Assembly (NCBI GenBank): GCA_040357565.1
Contig: JBDODJ010000049.1
Strand: one strand, 5' to 3'
Length of the DNA stretch: 64,000 nt
Source of the DNA: Cercozoa sp. M6MM
Taxonomy: Eukaryota; Protista; Endomyxa: Ascetosporea
Shown: positions 24,101 to 36,915 of the stretch, piece after piece
Layout: each line of letters starts with the position of its first letter
How positions within the stretch are numbered: position 1 is the stretch's first letter
The notes under the pieces: generated by a model
Database searches by the model: none
What the model was told of the DNA's origin: nothing
What the model saw: only the letters and a program-made list of their open reading frames with translations
Made by a program: the position numbers and the translations under genes

Positions 24101-27100
24101 TCTTTTTCTTGTGACTATTGGCTTCAACTTGAAACAGACAGCAATAAACCGTTTCAAGCTTGTTGTTGCCTCGCTGTTTTGTTGTTTCTTGAACTCTCAA
24201 AGTTGTCGCTTTCGTTTGAGTGAGTCGTGTTTGGTGAGAGCAGGCGACAGCGAGCAGAAGCGCGCGCGAAGTCGTCGCACGGAGCAGCGGCAGTCGCAGC
24301 ACGCGCAGCAGCGACGCGAGCGCAACAAGCACATCGAGCAGCTGCGCCGTTGGACAGGCGGTGCCTTCACAGACGACGAGGACGACCTGCCACAGGACTG
24401 GCCAAGCGAGCAGGACGCGTGCTGCGCCGTGTGTCTGTCGCCGCACTGCGACGTCAACGACGGCGACATGGTCTTTTGCGAGGGCTGCGAAATCGCCGTG
24501 CATCAGCGCTGCTACGGCATTCCGTACGCTTTCTCATTGCTTTTCGCTTTGTTTCTTGCTTTCGCTTTGTCTCTAGCCTCCGACCTGCGTGTTTTCAGTT
24601 TTTCTGCTTTGCTTTTTTTTTGCTTTGCTTTCAGTTTTTTCGACTTTTTACGTTGGCTTTGAAAATGATTTTGCTTTGCAACAATAGTGCACTGCCAGAG
24701 GGCGACTTTTTCTGCGAGCGGTGTCAGTTCTACCGCGTGAAACGTGAACCAAAGGAGGTGCGTGAAGTTTTAACTCAGCGTTTCTCGTGCGTTTCTTTAG
24801 AAAAACATTGTTGGGCGTTTTAATTGTGTACAGTGCGATTTCCGATGTCGCGTGTGTCCGCATACGAGTGGCGCGATGAAGCCGGCCGAAGGTGGCGGTT
24901 TCGTGCACGTGTTGTGTGCCAACTCAGTGCCAGGTGTGTTTTTTTTTCTGCTTCTTGTGGTATATTGTGCATCCGCGCGGACGTGTGTAGAACTGCACTA
25001 TGGCAATGACACGACAATGTCGCCGGTGCAGGGCCTGTCACTTATCACAAAGTACCCTCACTTACCCCCTACCCTACCCCTTATCCCTACCCCCTTTACC
25101 CCCCCCCGCACCCCAGAGACCGGCGCAACATGCGTTGTCAGTTGTGCAAGAAAGGAGGCGCCGAGTTGCGCGGTCACTCGGCCATTGTGCAGTGCGCCAA
25201 GGCTCGCTGGTACCGTACATGTGTGTACATATGGACTGGTGTACATATGGACTGGTGTACATATGGACTGGTGTACATATGGACTGNNNNNNNNNNTGTA
25301 CATATGGACTGGTGTACATATGGACTGGTGTACATATGGACTGTATGTATGGACGGTACATATATGTCTATGGACTGTATGGACAGTGCCACAGCCTTCC
25401 ATATCACGTGTGCACGCCGTGCTGGCCTGGTTTAGCTTTTTACCCCCCTCTTTACCCCCCTCTTTACCCCCCTCTTTACCCCCCCCCCCCCTTATCTCCC
25501 TCCGACCGTAGCCGGTGCTGGAGGTGAGTGGCAGCGAAGCGGACGTGGCGTTGCTGAACTCCTTGCTCTCGGTCACTGAGGTACCTGCTTTACCCCCCAG
25601 TTTACCCCCCCCCCCCTTACCCCCCGGGCAGTTGGAGAAACTGGCGGACTACACGTTCGTGGGTTTCTGTCGCCGCTGCGCCGGTGACTACGTGCGTCGG
25701 CCGGAGCACGTGCCGCGTGATCGGCCGTTTCCAAAGCAGCTGCTGCTCAAGTGGCTACAAAACAACAACAAGATTGGTGCACTGTTTTGTTATTGTTGTC
25801 TTGTTGTTGTTTTTTCTTGTTGTTGTTTTTTTTTCTTGTTGTTTTTTCTTGTTGTTGTTATTGTTTTTTTTTTTTTTGTTTTGTGTGTGGTGTGTGTGTG
25901 TGTGTGTGTTTTTCTTGTTGTTTTTTCTTGTTCTTTGTTTTGTTTTTGTTTGATTTTGTAATTGTTTGTTATTGTTTTTTCTCGTTGTGTTTTGTTTTTT
26001 TTTCTGTTTTGTTTTTTTNNNNNNNNNNTTGTTTTTTCTCGTTGTGTTTTGTTTTTTTTTCTGTTTTGTTTTTTTTTTCTGTTTTGTTGTTTTTTGTTGC
26101 TGTTGTTGTTGTTCTTGTTTTTTTTTTTTTTTTTGCTGTTGTTGTTGATGTTGTTGTTGTTCTTGTTGTTGTGTTGCTGGTGGATTGTTGTTGTTTTGCA
26201 GAGAAGGAATCGGCGTCGATGGCGCGTCTGGTGGCGCGGAATCTCAAGCGGGAGCGCGACAGTCTTGTGCTCAAGTANNNNNNNNNNNNNNNNNNNNNNN
26301 NNNNNNNNNNNNNNNNNNNNNNNNNNNNNNNNNNNNNNNNNNNNNNNNNNNNNNNNNNNNNNNNNNNNNNNNNNNNNGCTGGACCACTCGGGCCGCTTGT
26401 GCACGCCGCTGTCGTCGACGAGGTTCTTACCCCCTCCCTCTCTGACCCCCTGCGCCATGACCCTTCCCTTCCGCGCGGACGCAGGTACCTGTGCGAGGGC
26501 GAGGGCGGCGCGCGCGACAAGTCGCACCTGCTGCAGGGACGGCAGCCGCAGCGACCGGAACTGACGCAGTGGGTGCACGCCGTGTGCGCGCACTTTCTGG
26601 GACCGCCGTGGGTACTCGGCGTTTGTTGTTTTTTTGTTGTTGTTGTTGTTTTTTTGTTGTTGTTGTTGTTGTTTGTTGTTGTTGTTTCCTGTTTTGTTGT
26701 TTTTTTCCCTGTTTTTTGTTGTTGTTGTTTTTTGTTGTTGTTTTTTTGTTGTTCTTGTTTTTTTGTTGTTCCTGTATATTGGTGTTGATACGTCCGCGCG
26801 GACAGGGCGAGCACCGCGAGGTGGGCGGCGTGCCCTTCGTGGCCGGTCTGGTGCACCACAAGAACTCGGTGCGCTGCCGACTGTGCGGACGCGCCGGCGG
26901 CGTGCTGACGCGCTGTCAGTAGCGTTTCTACCCCCTGTTTACCCCCCTGTTTACCCCCCTGTTTACCCCCCTGTTTACCCCCCTCGTAGGTGCAAGCAGA
27001 TGGTGGTGCACGCAGCGTGTGGTTTGGCGGCGGACTTCCCGCGCTCTTATGGTGTGTTTTCCCCCACCCCTTGTCCCTCTTTACCCCCCTCCCAGAGGAA

Positions 27101-27786
27101 GGCAAGCTGTGGTGTCACGAGTGCGACCCGTTGAAGAAACGTCCGCGCGCATGCGCCGAAAGTATCAGTGTGACGGCCAGTGGTAATACCCCCTATTCCC
27201 TCCCCCTCCCCTTACTTGCTTCCCGCAGAGTCGTCATTGGTGCTGCGTGTGCCACGTGCGGTGCGACGGTTGCTGCACGGTGAGCGCGCACGTGCCGACT
27301 TGCGTGTGATCGATCCGTCTGCGCCGGTGGTCGGCACCGTCACTGTTACGCAGGTAGCCACTCCCTTTACCCCCCTCCCTTACCCCCTTACCCCCTGTGG
27401 TCAGAATCGCGAGTGGTGCGTGCAGCGGCTGCGCGCCGTGCCGCGTGTGTCGCTGACGGTTTACCCCCCTCTTTACCCCCCTACCCCCCCCCNNNNNNNN
27501 NNNNNNNNNNNNNNNNNNNNNNNNNNNNNNNNNNNNNNNNNNNNNNNNNNNNNNNNNNNNNNNNNNNNNNNNNNNNNNNNNNNNNNNNNNNNCTGTGGCG
27601 CACGCGCCGGAGGGTACCCTCCCCTCCCCCCCCCCCCCCTCTACCCTTACCTTCCGACTGCAGGAACGACCGAGCGACGCAGAGAGTCACATGGAACTCA
27701 TCGAAGAGACGGACTCGCTCAATGACATGCTGCCTGTCACAGGACGAGCCGTGCGTGCCCGTCGTCGACAGTCAAGTAATTTATAG
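21122..27786 (+). CDS. Large PHD/PZP chromatin reader (JADE/BRPF/Nto1-like) with acidic N-terminus, Zn2Cys6-like motif and a second ePHD module; interrupted by gaps
   Basis: PHD CAVCLSPHCDVNDGDMVFCEGCEIAVHQRCYGI..PEGDFFCERC; CRVCPHTSGAMKP..FVHVLCA..CQLC..FHITCARRAGL; second module WVHAVCAHF..CRLCGRAGG..HAACG..WCHEC. Confidence 0.8.
25214..25383. repeat. Intronic 16-bp minisatellite (GTACATATGGACTGGT)n
   Basis: Near-perfect tandem copies either side of a 10-N gap. Confidence 0.92.
25780..26200. repeat. Intronic TTG/T-rich low-complexity tract (second tract 26620-26790)
   Basis: (TTG)n and poly-T runs; source of spurious Phe/Val/Cys ORFs. Confidence 0.9.
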
Positions 27787-27982
27787 GCGTTTTAGCATCA
27801 ATTTTCTGCACACACAGCTGTGGCACCATCTCTTGATCTAAGCAGAACCGTCAACATATAATATCTCTCCATCGAGGTCGGCTCGGCTTTCCAACTTGCT
27901 TTGCAGACTACTATACTGTACGCTAGCCGCTGTTAAGCACTTGAGCGCTCTTATTATTGCTAGTACAAATACTGCAGGTAGG

Positions 27983-28564
27983 TTACTCGACATTACAGAC
28001 GTTGCCCTTGTCGGCAAAGGCGAGGATGGCATCGATCACAGAGCCCTGGATGCGTTCGGGCACCGGGCCCTGTCTCAGCACGACGTGCAGCATGTCCTGC
28101 GACTCCTCGCGCATGATGGCGTCCAGCTGGCGCAGCTCGTCGCGATTGAGCGAGTCGATGTTGTTCTCCACCCAGCGGCCGATCACAATGTCGAGTTCCT
28201 TCAGGCCGCGCATCTGACTCCGGTATAGCAGTCTCTTGCTGCCACACCCCAGCACAGCAACATCATCACAACACAGCAACATCAACACAACAAAGGCAAA
28301 GTGAGGCACACCGAGTGGCCTGCTCGGGCAGCTCGTTGTCCTCCATGGAGCGCGGGTAGGTGCGCTCGTCAAACTCCCAGGCTGACTCGGGCGCGTCGAT
28401 GATCTTGCCTGCCAAAGCAAATCAGAAACTTCTGGCACAGCTGACACTTCCGGGACACTTGGCGTTGCAGTATATGGAACAGCAAACATCTTACCTTCGT
28501 AGTGCACCTTGCCAACTGCCAACGTGCGAACTGATCGCGATGTGCGAAAAACGAAACGCTGCAT
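27983..28564 (-). CDS. SDHAF2: Succinate dehydrogenase assembly factor 2 (Sdh5)
   Basis: KRLLYRSQMRGLKELDIVIGRW (RGxxE motif); presequence MQRFVFRTSRSVR. Confidence 0.9.
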   Translation of the reverse strand: MQRFVFRTSRSVRTLAVGKVHYEGKMFAVPYTATPSVPEVSAVPEVSDLLWQARSSTRPSQPGSLTSAPTRAPWRTTSCPSRPLGVPHFAFVVLMLLCCDDVAVLGCGSKRLLYRSQMRGLKELDIVIGRWVENNIDSLNRDELRQLDAIMREESQDMLHVVLRQGPVPERIQGSVIDAILAFADKGNVCNVE

Positions 28565-28779
28565 CTTGTTTCGGTGTTACTACAGCCCAAGCACGCCACA
28601 ACACACGTTAGATGCAATGAAGCTGGTGTTCTTGTCCTCGATTGTGTAATTGCTGTCGTTTTGGACTAAAAAATTACATTTATAAAAAAATCAGCGCTCC
28701 CGAAGCTCGATGGTCAAAGTGCCCAGAGCCAGCTCTGGTGTGTCCACGTGTGTGTGTAGATCATAACATAAACGTCATA

Positions 28780-29435
28780 ATGTCGGAGCCGCAGGTGGAC
28801 TTCTCGGACGAGGACGTGGAGATGGGCGGTGAGACCCAGCGCAAGGGAAGCAACTTTAAACTTCCCTCGCGTCGTGTGGGTCGTGGCCACCGTGACCAGA
28901 TGCGGGTACCACTGCATATCACTAGTTTTGGAGAACTCTGAAATGAGATCAAATTGTCATTGTTTCGGTGTGATGTGTTGTGATGTGTTGTGATGTGTTG
29001 TGATGTGTTTCGCTGCGTATCTCAGGACGACCGATACCACGGTGCAGGTGGTCGGTTCGAGACGACTGGCGAGACGCAAGTTGGCGACGCGATCAAGTGT
29101 GCGTTAGCTTGGCTTTGTGGTGTGCTGTCTTGTGTGTGATCCAACTTGCACGCGGCCGTAGCTGTGGAGGGTTGGGTGCTCTTCGTCACTGGCGTGCACG
29201 AGGAGGCGCAGGAGGACGACGTGTACGATGCGTTCGCCGAGTACGGCGACATTCGCCGTGTCGAGGTGCCGCTCGACCGTCGCTCCGGCTTCGTCAAGGG
29301 CTACGCGCTCGTTGAGTTCTCCGAGCAGGCCGACGCCAAGAGCGCCATCGACAAGTTGCACGGCAGCGAGCTCTACGGCCAGAAGCTTAGTATTTCTTCT
29401 ATACTTCTTGGAACTATGTGTGTATATATACTATA

Positions 29436-29480
<45 letters not shown>

Positions 29481-29542
29481 TAGGCGTGAACTGGGCCTTT
29501 GCTCCGCGGCCTTCGCGACGCGCCACGAGCTCGCGCGACTAA
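28780..29542 (+). CDS. RBM8A: Exon junction complex RRM protein Y14
   Basis: VEGWVLFVTGVHEEAQEDDVYDAFAEYGDI..LDRRSGFVKGYALVEF..VNWAF. Confidence 0.95.
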
Positions 29543-29772
29543 GCGCACAGAGAACGCAACAGCCGGCTTGACTTGTACGGACTCGGAACGAACGGAATGG
29601 AAGGAACTTGTCCCAAACGAAAGCATCGGCCATCATTGGGTAGTCCTCGCGCAAACACGACCGTCAGCGCGCGTCTGTTCAACTTAGCATATACGATAGA
29701 GTGCGGTCGATTTGCTTGGCTCATCGTGCGGTGGGTGGGGTTCGGTTCAGTCTTTACGCAGTTTTTGACCGA

Positions 29773-31164
29773 CTATCGGTTGACATGTGCGTCTGTTTGG
29801 AGGACTTTCGAGTCGTAATCCCTCTCAAGACAGGCTCGCTTGCGCGGCGGCAACGCTAGAGGCGATTCCGGTATGGATGTGGCGTCAGAGATGCGACCGA
29901 CACCTACTGTCGACGTGTCGGCCCTGGGGCTGATCTCATGCCACGACACTGCCAGCCGTCGCTCTGGCTCGTTTCTACCAGCGCCAAAAAAAACCTCGGT
30001 GTACCATGGTATAACTCGTAACCCTTTCCTCAACGATGACAACGAGAGCAGCCTTACACCGTAATGAAGGCGAACGAAGGACACACCAGCAGTAATGTGG
30101 CCGCAGTTCCTTGGGACACGAAAAGACTCTAACTTTAATTGAGATTGTAAATTTAGCAGTAACAAGCGTACCGTTGAAGGTCACATCGGCAGTATTCCGG
30201 TACCGTGGCGGAACACCGTCTGAAAGCACAAAATCCAGGAAAGGTACGTGCTTCACGGGCACAACGTCGACAACAGTTGAAGTCGCGATCTCCATGTGCA
30301 TTCCGCGCAAGCTCATAGGAGACAGCCAGTGTATCAGGTCGTTGTTGCCTTGATACAAGTTGAAGCCAACTCTTCGGTACAGCGACATGGCATTCAACGA
30401 GCTTTCAAGCATCACGTGACCTGGACCCACAAGTCGCAGCCAGTATCGCAGCATCGCTTCGCCGTGCCGTGCCCCCGTTCCAGGGAGAAGTGCCATCAGT
30501 CGATTGAGGTAGTGCAAACGAAACATCGTGTCAGTGTCGGTGTCGTTCTGTTGCAAGGTACGGCCAGTAGCTACTGCAAGCACCTGCCACGCGTCGTTGT
30601 TCGAGGTGTTAACAAGCGCAGCGTGGCTACAAGTGTATGTCACGTTTCTCCACGGGCTGCCTGGTTCATTGGCACGGACTGTCACGTCGTTTGCTTCAAC
30701 CGTCGACCAAGGGAAAGAGGAACGATATGCTGCCTGCGCGAAGCTGTCGATCGCATTTCCGGCTGACATAACTGAATACAAAATTACTTTTTTTGACAAA
30801 CTGACACTTTACAGGACATATAAATAGTACTACCAGCGTGCGTGTCACAAGAATGGTCGACATACAGTCTCAAAAACGGGGACACCTGCTCGTAGTGACC
30901 GTTCGCTCGAAGTACATTTGCCACGTGATCGTGGCACAGCCGTGTCACTGCGAGGAGCTTCTCCGGTTTGATGACACCCGGGGATATCTCAGTCGGCTGA
31001 GTCGCTTTGGGTGACGAAAGGCACTGCTTTGAGAATGCGCCTGGTCGTTGTGTCGAGCTGAGGTGCCAGCACTGCCACGTGCCGTTTCGATTCGAAGCAA
31101 CGACGGCCCGCAACACACCAAAAGGTAAAAACAGCAGCGACGAGAGCAGCAGTGGCACCACCAT
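29773..31164 (-). CDS. Signal-peptide protein with GNAT-like acetyltransferase domain and basic C-terminal motif (3 exons)
   Basis: MVVPLLLSSLLFLPFGVLRAVVA; GTGARHGEAMLRYWLRLVGPGHVMLESSLNAMSLYRRVGF (motif A/B-like); PPRKRAC near the C-terminus. Confidence 0.55.
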
Positions 31165-31339
31165 TCTTTATGTGTAGATCTAATAGGACGCTTAACAAGA
31201 GTTCTGTTTTTGTTTTATTATACAGCGTTCGGACAATCAATCGTCAGGGGCACACGATTTGGCGCATTATCTCAGAATGGTCAGATAGAAATTCCCGATG
31301 TGTTCAAGTCAACTTTTTCTCTTTCTCCTTACTTATTAG

Positions 31340-34300
31340 TTATGGAGGCAGTTCTACGATCTTGGGCGTGACGCGTAGTTCGTGGTTGATGTGCAAGATC
31401 CCTCCGTTGTTGTCACGACGACCCATGTAGCGAGCGGCCGAAAACACAGTGACGAGATGTCCTTGCGCAAAGTACTCAATGCCGTAGTCGACGCACTGGT
31501 GCGCACGAACGAGAAGGTCCACGCTGTTCTCTTCGCAGAAGCGACGGACGCTAAATTCACACACAGAAAATACACACAATCGTGAAGAATAATTGAAGTG
31601 TTTTTTTACATGTCGGCGCCAAAGATGACGCTGACGTCGCGCGGGTTTCGACGGAAGCCCTCGAAGGCGTCTGAGTCAGCAGGGTCGCTCCACAACAAGT
31701 CCATGATGCGGTTCTTCTCCTCGAAGCCACGGAGATCGAGGTCGTCGAGCACAATTGGACGTCGGATCTGACGAATGTGATCGATGCGCTCCACCTTGCC
31801 GATTCCGCCGTGCATGCAAAGGATGCGCCCTCCGAGAAGTGCCGACAGAGGCATGTGCGAATAGAGTTCGTCGAGCTTTTCACCAAAGGTTTCGATCGTC
31901 AGCAGTGATTCGCGCAGTTTCTTCAGGCGATGCTTGTGTCTCTTTCGACGACGCTGCGAACACCCAAGAACAACTACAAGTGGTACCACACAGGAAGGAA
32001 ACGTACTTCATTGGCGCGGTCGATGCGCGAGCTTGACTGCGAGCTTCCTACTGGCCGAGTGCCTGAACCAAATTGATAGAGGTCTTCGAATTCATCTTCA
32101 TCCGAGCTCTTGATCGCCTCTGGCTCGTCCTCGTAGTACAAGTCCTCTTCTTCAAGGTCGTCGTCGTCGAACAGGAACGTGTTTGACATGCGAGTGATCT
32201 CTTGCACAAGGGCCGGTGAATCCTTGAACAGCAAGCGGTTGCGACACTCGCGCGAGAAGCCGTACGAACCGTTCAGTTTCGTGCTTTCGTGGTTGCCGCG
32301 AAGCAGAAAGATGCGCTCGGGATACAAAATCTTCAGTGCGCACAGCAGCGCCAAGCACTCGAGCTGTCGCTTGCCGCGATCGACATAGTCACCCAGAAAC
32401 ACGTACTTGGTCGAGTCCAGGTCGCCGGTTTGAGGCTCAGGCGACTGAAACGCATCAAAGAGTGCCATCAACTCTTCGTACTGTCCATGAACGTCACCGA
32501 AAACCTTGGCGAATCCGTTCTCTTCAATGTGGACATCCACCAAGGCCGTGTCACCCTCCTGCTTGAACGCCTCAATGGTAGCTTCGAACAACTCAGATAG
32601 GTCGGTCACGGACAGGAAAAAGCCATTGTCCAGCAACATGTTCGGACAGTTAGAATCCTGTTGCACCAAAATGATTAAACCAGTTTATCGCAATGCTAAG
32701 ATACAAACTTTACCTCATCTGAGCTCGTGTTCAGTTGCACTTCTCGCTTCACAAGGAGGCGTTCGACCACTCTTGCCGCCAAAGCATGCTTCTCCCTCCG
32801 CTCATCGCTCGGAGACTTGACGTCGAGGAGGCTTTTGTCAAGACCATGCTGCAGACGACGCTGTGCACGAGAGGCCGCAAAGATATCGGCGCGTTCGACG
32901 CGAGTCGCTGTCTGAGGACGCGATCGCACCTATAAAATGTTCAGTACTCAAAGGGTTTCAAACAACTGAGTTTCAAACTGAATATTATAATACCACTGGG
33001 GTGTGCGAGAGCGTCACTCGTTTTAACCGCTCTGCCTCTGCTCGAATAAGTGCTGCGGTCGGTGCTTTTGGCGAAGGCGGAGCTGGAAACGCGAAAGTGT
33101 GACCCGTGAAACTCTGTCGTACGACGGGACTGTTGAGCAGGAGCGAGGTTGTGTCGTCGAGTTCAGACGTGTCAAAAGACTTGCGCCGTTTTCGCGAAGA
33201 GGTACGGATATCTTGCGGCATTTCACCAGTGTCAATGTCCATCTCGCGGTCAATGTCGATGCAGACCCCTCGAGCGGCTTCGTCCTCTTCTTCATCTGAT
33301 AGCTCATCCGGCACCAGGTAGCTGCCGTCGTCAGAAACCAGTTCTTCTTCGTCGGGAAGCTTCAGGGGAGTCATCGTTGGCGACTCAACTCCAGTGGCGA
33401 GAGCGCGACGCTTGATTTGTTGCTGCTCCCACTCGGCCTGCTCCGCGCGTTGTCGCTGAAGAACTTTTAAGTGACACATCAAAAAGCGATCAAGCTCTTG
33501 ATCCTCGCCGATAAAGGCATGAACAAGGCGTTTGGTGCCTCGCGTGTTCTGAGCACGAGGATAAGAACGTGCGCGCCTTGTGATACAGTGCGATCAAAGA
33601 TTAACATCAGTACCATCAGCATTTCTACGCAGAAGACGTTGTCGTAGTGGCGGTGGGAAACAGTGAACACGCGATGAGGCATTTGAACGAAGCGTCGAGC
33701 AAGAACGGCCCACGTAGCTTCCATGTCTTGCGTTACAACAGGGTCGTGAACAGACATGCGGCGCGGACGTTTTAACGGTGGCGATTCATCGAAGGCAGCT
33801 GACGTTTCGTCACCTTGTCCCATCAGCGGGGCTCCAATCACATCGTCAAAGCGGCACCTGCTCGACGGAACCGGGTAGTAAGGCACGGTGGAGAACGAGC
33901 CGTCGCTGCATGAGATGCTAAACGCATGCATCGGCGCTTCTTCGGGCGTGATGATCGAGGAGCGAGCTGTTGCGCGCAGGAAAGCTAGCGAACCGCGACC
34001 AGCGACCTTTTGCGACTGCGCGACGTCGACTGCCACGGGCGACGTCGGCGGAGTGCTCACTTCTGTTGCTTTCTGCGCCGGGCTGACCGACACGCTGCTG
34101 CTACTGCTTCTAGCACTGCTTGCGGCGCTGCCTCTGGCGCTGCCTCTGTTTGTGTCCGAGTCGGGTGGAGAGTCGGAATCGCTGGAGCTCGACGAAGTGT
34201 CGGAGTCACTGAGGTGGTACCCTCCTTGCTGAAGCTGCGAACTCACCAAGCGAAGCGCACGCTTCTGAGCATCCGTCAAATGCAACTGGTGCATCTGCTT

Positions 34301-35486
34301 CGTAGCATTGGCTAAACCCGGAAGGATCTGCAAAGCACGGTTTTTCAGCTCCACCCAGAAACAGTGGCCTTCTTGCGCGGAGAACGTGCACACAGACGGG
34401 ACAGGCAAGCCTCCACCCTGAAACAAGTGATTCAGCTCGGGGGTTTCGTCGTTTGTAGTCAACTGACGCCAGCGCTTTTGGTCAAGGTTCAACTCATGGA
34501 GCTCGACGCGACGGCCGGTATGATCGCGTTCCTTCGTTGCACGTCCAACGACAAGAAGCGAGCGCCCGACGAAAAATGCCTTGTGTTCGGAAAGCAATGG
34601 AGCGTCACCGACGTTTTTAATTGGAACCTGTGCGAATAAAGAAGTTGAGTGTGCGGGAAAAGGGTGCGAGTGCTTGTGTGAGTCCGATTGTGAAGAAGGT
34701 CGTACCTTGTACCACTCGAACTTGCCTGTTGTAGTCTTGAAGCACCACGTGTCGTTCAGAGCCTTTCCACTCGAGTCGGCGATTCCTCCAAACATGATGA
34801 CATGGCAGTCGTCGACAAGAGTCATCGAGTGACCAGCTCGAGCCATAGGTCTGCCCTTTCGGTAGACGTAATCATCCAGAGTTTCGTACGCCCAGCCAGA
34901 TTCATCGGGAAGCTGACGCCAGTGCTGTGATAGCAAAGACTCGTCCTTTTTTGGTTCAGGGCGTTGTCGTTCTGGAGAGTTGATGCGCGTCGGGTCGTCT
35001 GGCAGGGTCACGACGACAGTGTCGCCATAAAACGTCTCGCCGCAGCGTCCACCGAAAAGCACGAACTTTGCGGGCAGTGGTGAATGATGACAAGGCGCGA
35101 GCGCAAATTCCGATCTCGCGGCTATGTCGTCGAGCTCGAGACAAAAGCGGAACGGCACCAAGTCATGCACTGGATCGAATGCCATCGGGAGAGCAGGCTG
35201 CCCATCATCAAGCGAACGGGTTATTCTTTCAACGCAGAGCTGTAGCAGGGCTTACCAAATGTCGATACCACGCGCAAAGTGTTGATCGAGCGAGATCGAC
35301 GGACAAGATTATCTGCCAGCAGAAACTGTACTGTGAAGGCGTCGCAGTGGACGGGAAAGTAAGTTGTACCATGTTGCTTCGCCCACATTCTTCATACGCT
35401 ACGATGACATGTCGAGAGGAACGGAGTTCTTGAGGCAAACCATTCCACGCTGCCAGTAGCGGGCTTGAGCCAAAGTGCAGCGTCAT
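31340..35486 (-). CDS. Kelch-repeat Ser/Thr protein phosphatase (BSU1/PPKL-type PPP)
   Basis: Kelch repeats VLFGG and PMARAGHSMT..IMFGG..LNDTW; PPP motifs GDVHG, GDYVDRG, RGNHE, MHGG, DLLWSDP, RAHQ, TVFSA. Confidence 0.9.
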
Positions 35487-36091
35487 CGGAACGATCTCCA
35501 AGTCAGCCGATATGCTCGCACGGCAGCGTACAAGCGCAACTGCAACGCTTAAGCGTGAAAGGCTCCGCGAAAGCAACTCAGCTTGCAGAAATCGACGTTT
35601 TCAGCTTACCACACCCAGCGTTTCACCACGAGCTGACCTGCTTTCAGTTTTCAGAGATTTTACAGTTTCCAGTTCCACCGAGATTCGGAAAATAGGCAAA
35701 AACAAAGATACCGCAATTGGCAACCGCAGGTCTGTAATAGCGAGATATTCGGGAAACACACACACGACTGCGGCGCAAGCGAGATCTTGTACTGAGCACA
35801 CGCGCTCCAACCCACCCCAAAAGTCCGACGCTTCGAATTTGACAGTTTGAGTCTGACGGCTCTGTTCAGTCCGTTTAAAAAACTAAACCGACCCGACCCG
35901 TCCGGACCGCGACCTGCAGTGGACTTGACGCGATGGATGGATCCATCAACGCTAGTCTGCGCTGACGTGAGTTTAGCGAAGCGAACCTTAAGGTCGAGTC
36001 CATGCAAGTATATGGCCAGACACCACCGACAACGCCGCGTAAAACACATCACATGAAAAGCTATTGCACGATCGCTCCCGTGCGGGACCCG

Positions 36092-36841
36092 TTAAGGCGA
36101 TGCGAGATCTCGCAATCGCAAGTCAGGCGCGAATTCAATGTTGCGTTCAGCATCCTCAGGGTAGTCCAAGTCGATACGTTGGAAAAGCAAAGAAGCGGCA
36201 GAAGTTGCGGAGAGTTGACGCTCGCGTAAAGCAAGTGCCGCTGCAAAACGTCGTCGAAGCAGCGCAGTCATCAATTCGCTTTGGAAGGAATGGAACAGCA
36301 CATCTGCCTCCTCGAATGAACTCGGCACGGCTGGTCTATCGATCCGAATCAGCGAGAAGATCGCCAGTCCCACGGAAGCCGTGATGCGACCGATGGCTTG
36401 CAGGAAACCGAAACTCAGACCAAGCGTCCTAAAAACAAAGGAACATGCACGAAAAAGACACGCGCAGCAATCAGGAACAACTGAAGCAGTACATGAGAAT
36501 GTAATCGCCGAGCAACAGAACCTTGAATCGACGCAAACGCGCCCGCTGACCCTTGTTCGGCTTTGGCGTTGCCGCTGCATAGCGCTCAAGTGCGAAGCGA
36601 AACAAAAATGGCAACTAAAATTGCAACATGAGAGGTTTGGCCTTGAAAAAAGAATGTCAATGTCAGATAAAACTTACAACCGCAGCGAGCAGAGCGGCGC
36701 GGAAGAACCAAATCATCTGCATGCCAGCACATTAAACAACCCAAATAACACAAAGCACAAGCAACGAATCTAAGCAACTGGTACGGCCAGAATGAACTTG
36801 ATGAGACTCGGAGTCAGCAAAACGTACAGCAACGACGATGT

Positions 36842-36915
<74 letters not shown>

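Noticed and set aside
25214-25383. Regular repeats suggestive of a CRISPR array
   Set aside because: Head-to-tail 16-mers with no spacers, inside a eukaryotic intron, and no cas genes
25684-27134. Long Phe/Val/Cys-rich or Lys/Asn/Thr-rich ORFs (up to 378 aa)
   Set aside because: Translations of TTG-rich intronic low-complexity DNA and N gaps
33540-33615. Apparent frameshift or GC donor between the 568-aa and 165-aa ORFs of the Kelch phosphatase
   Set aside because: Resolved by a canonical GTAC...CAG intron (VEMLM|NTRGTKR)
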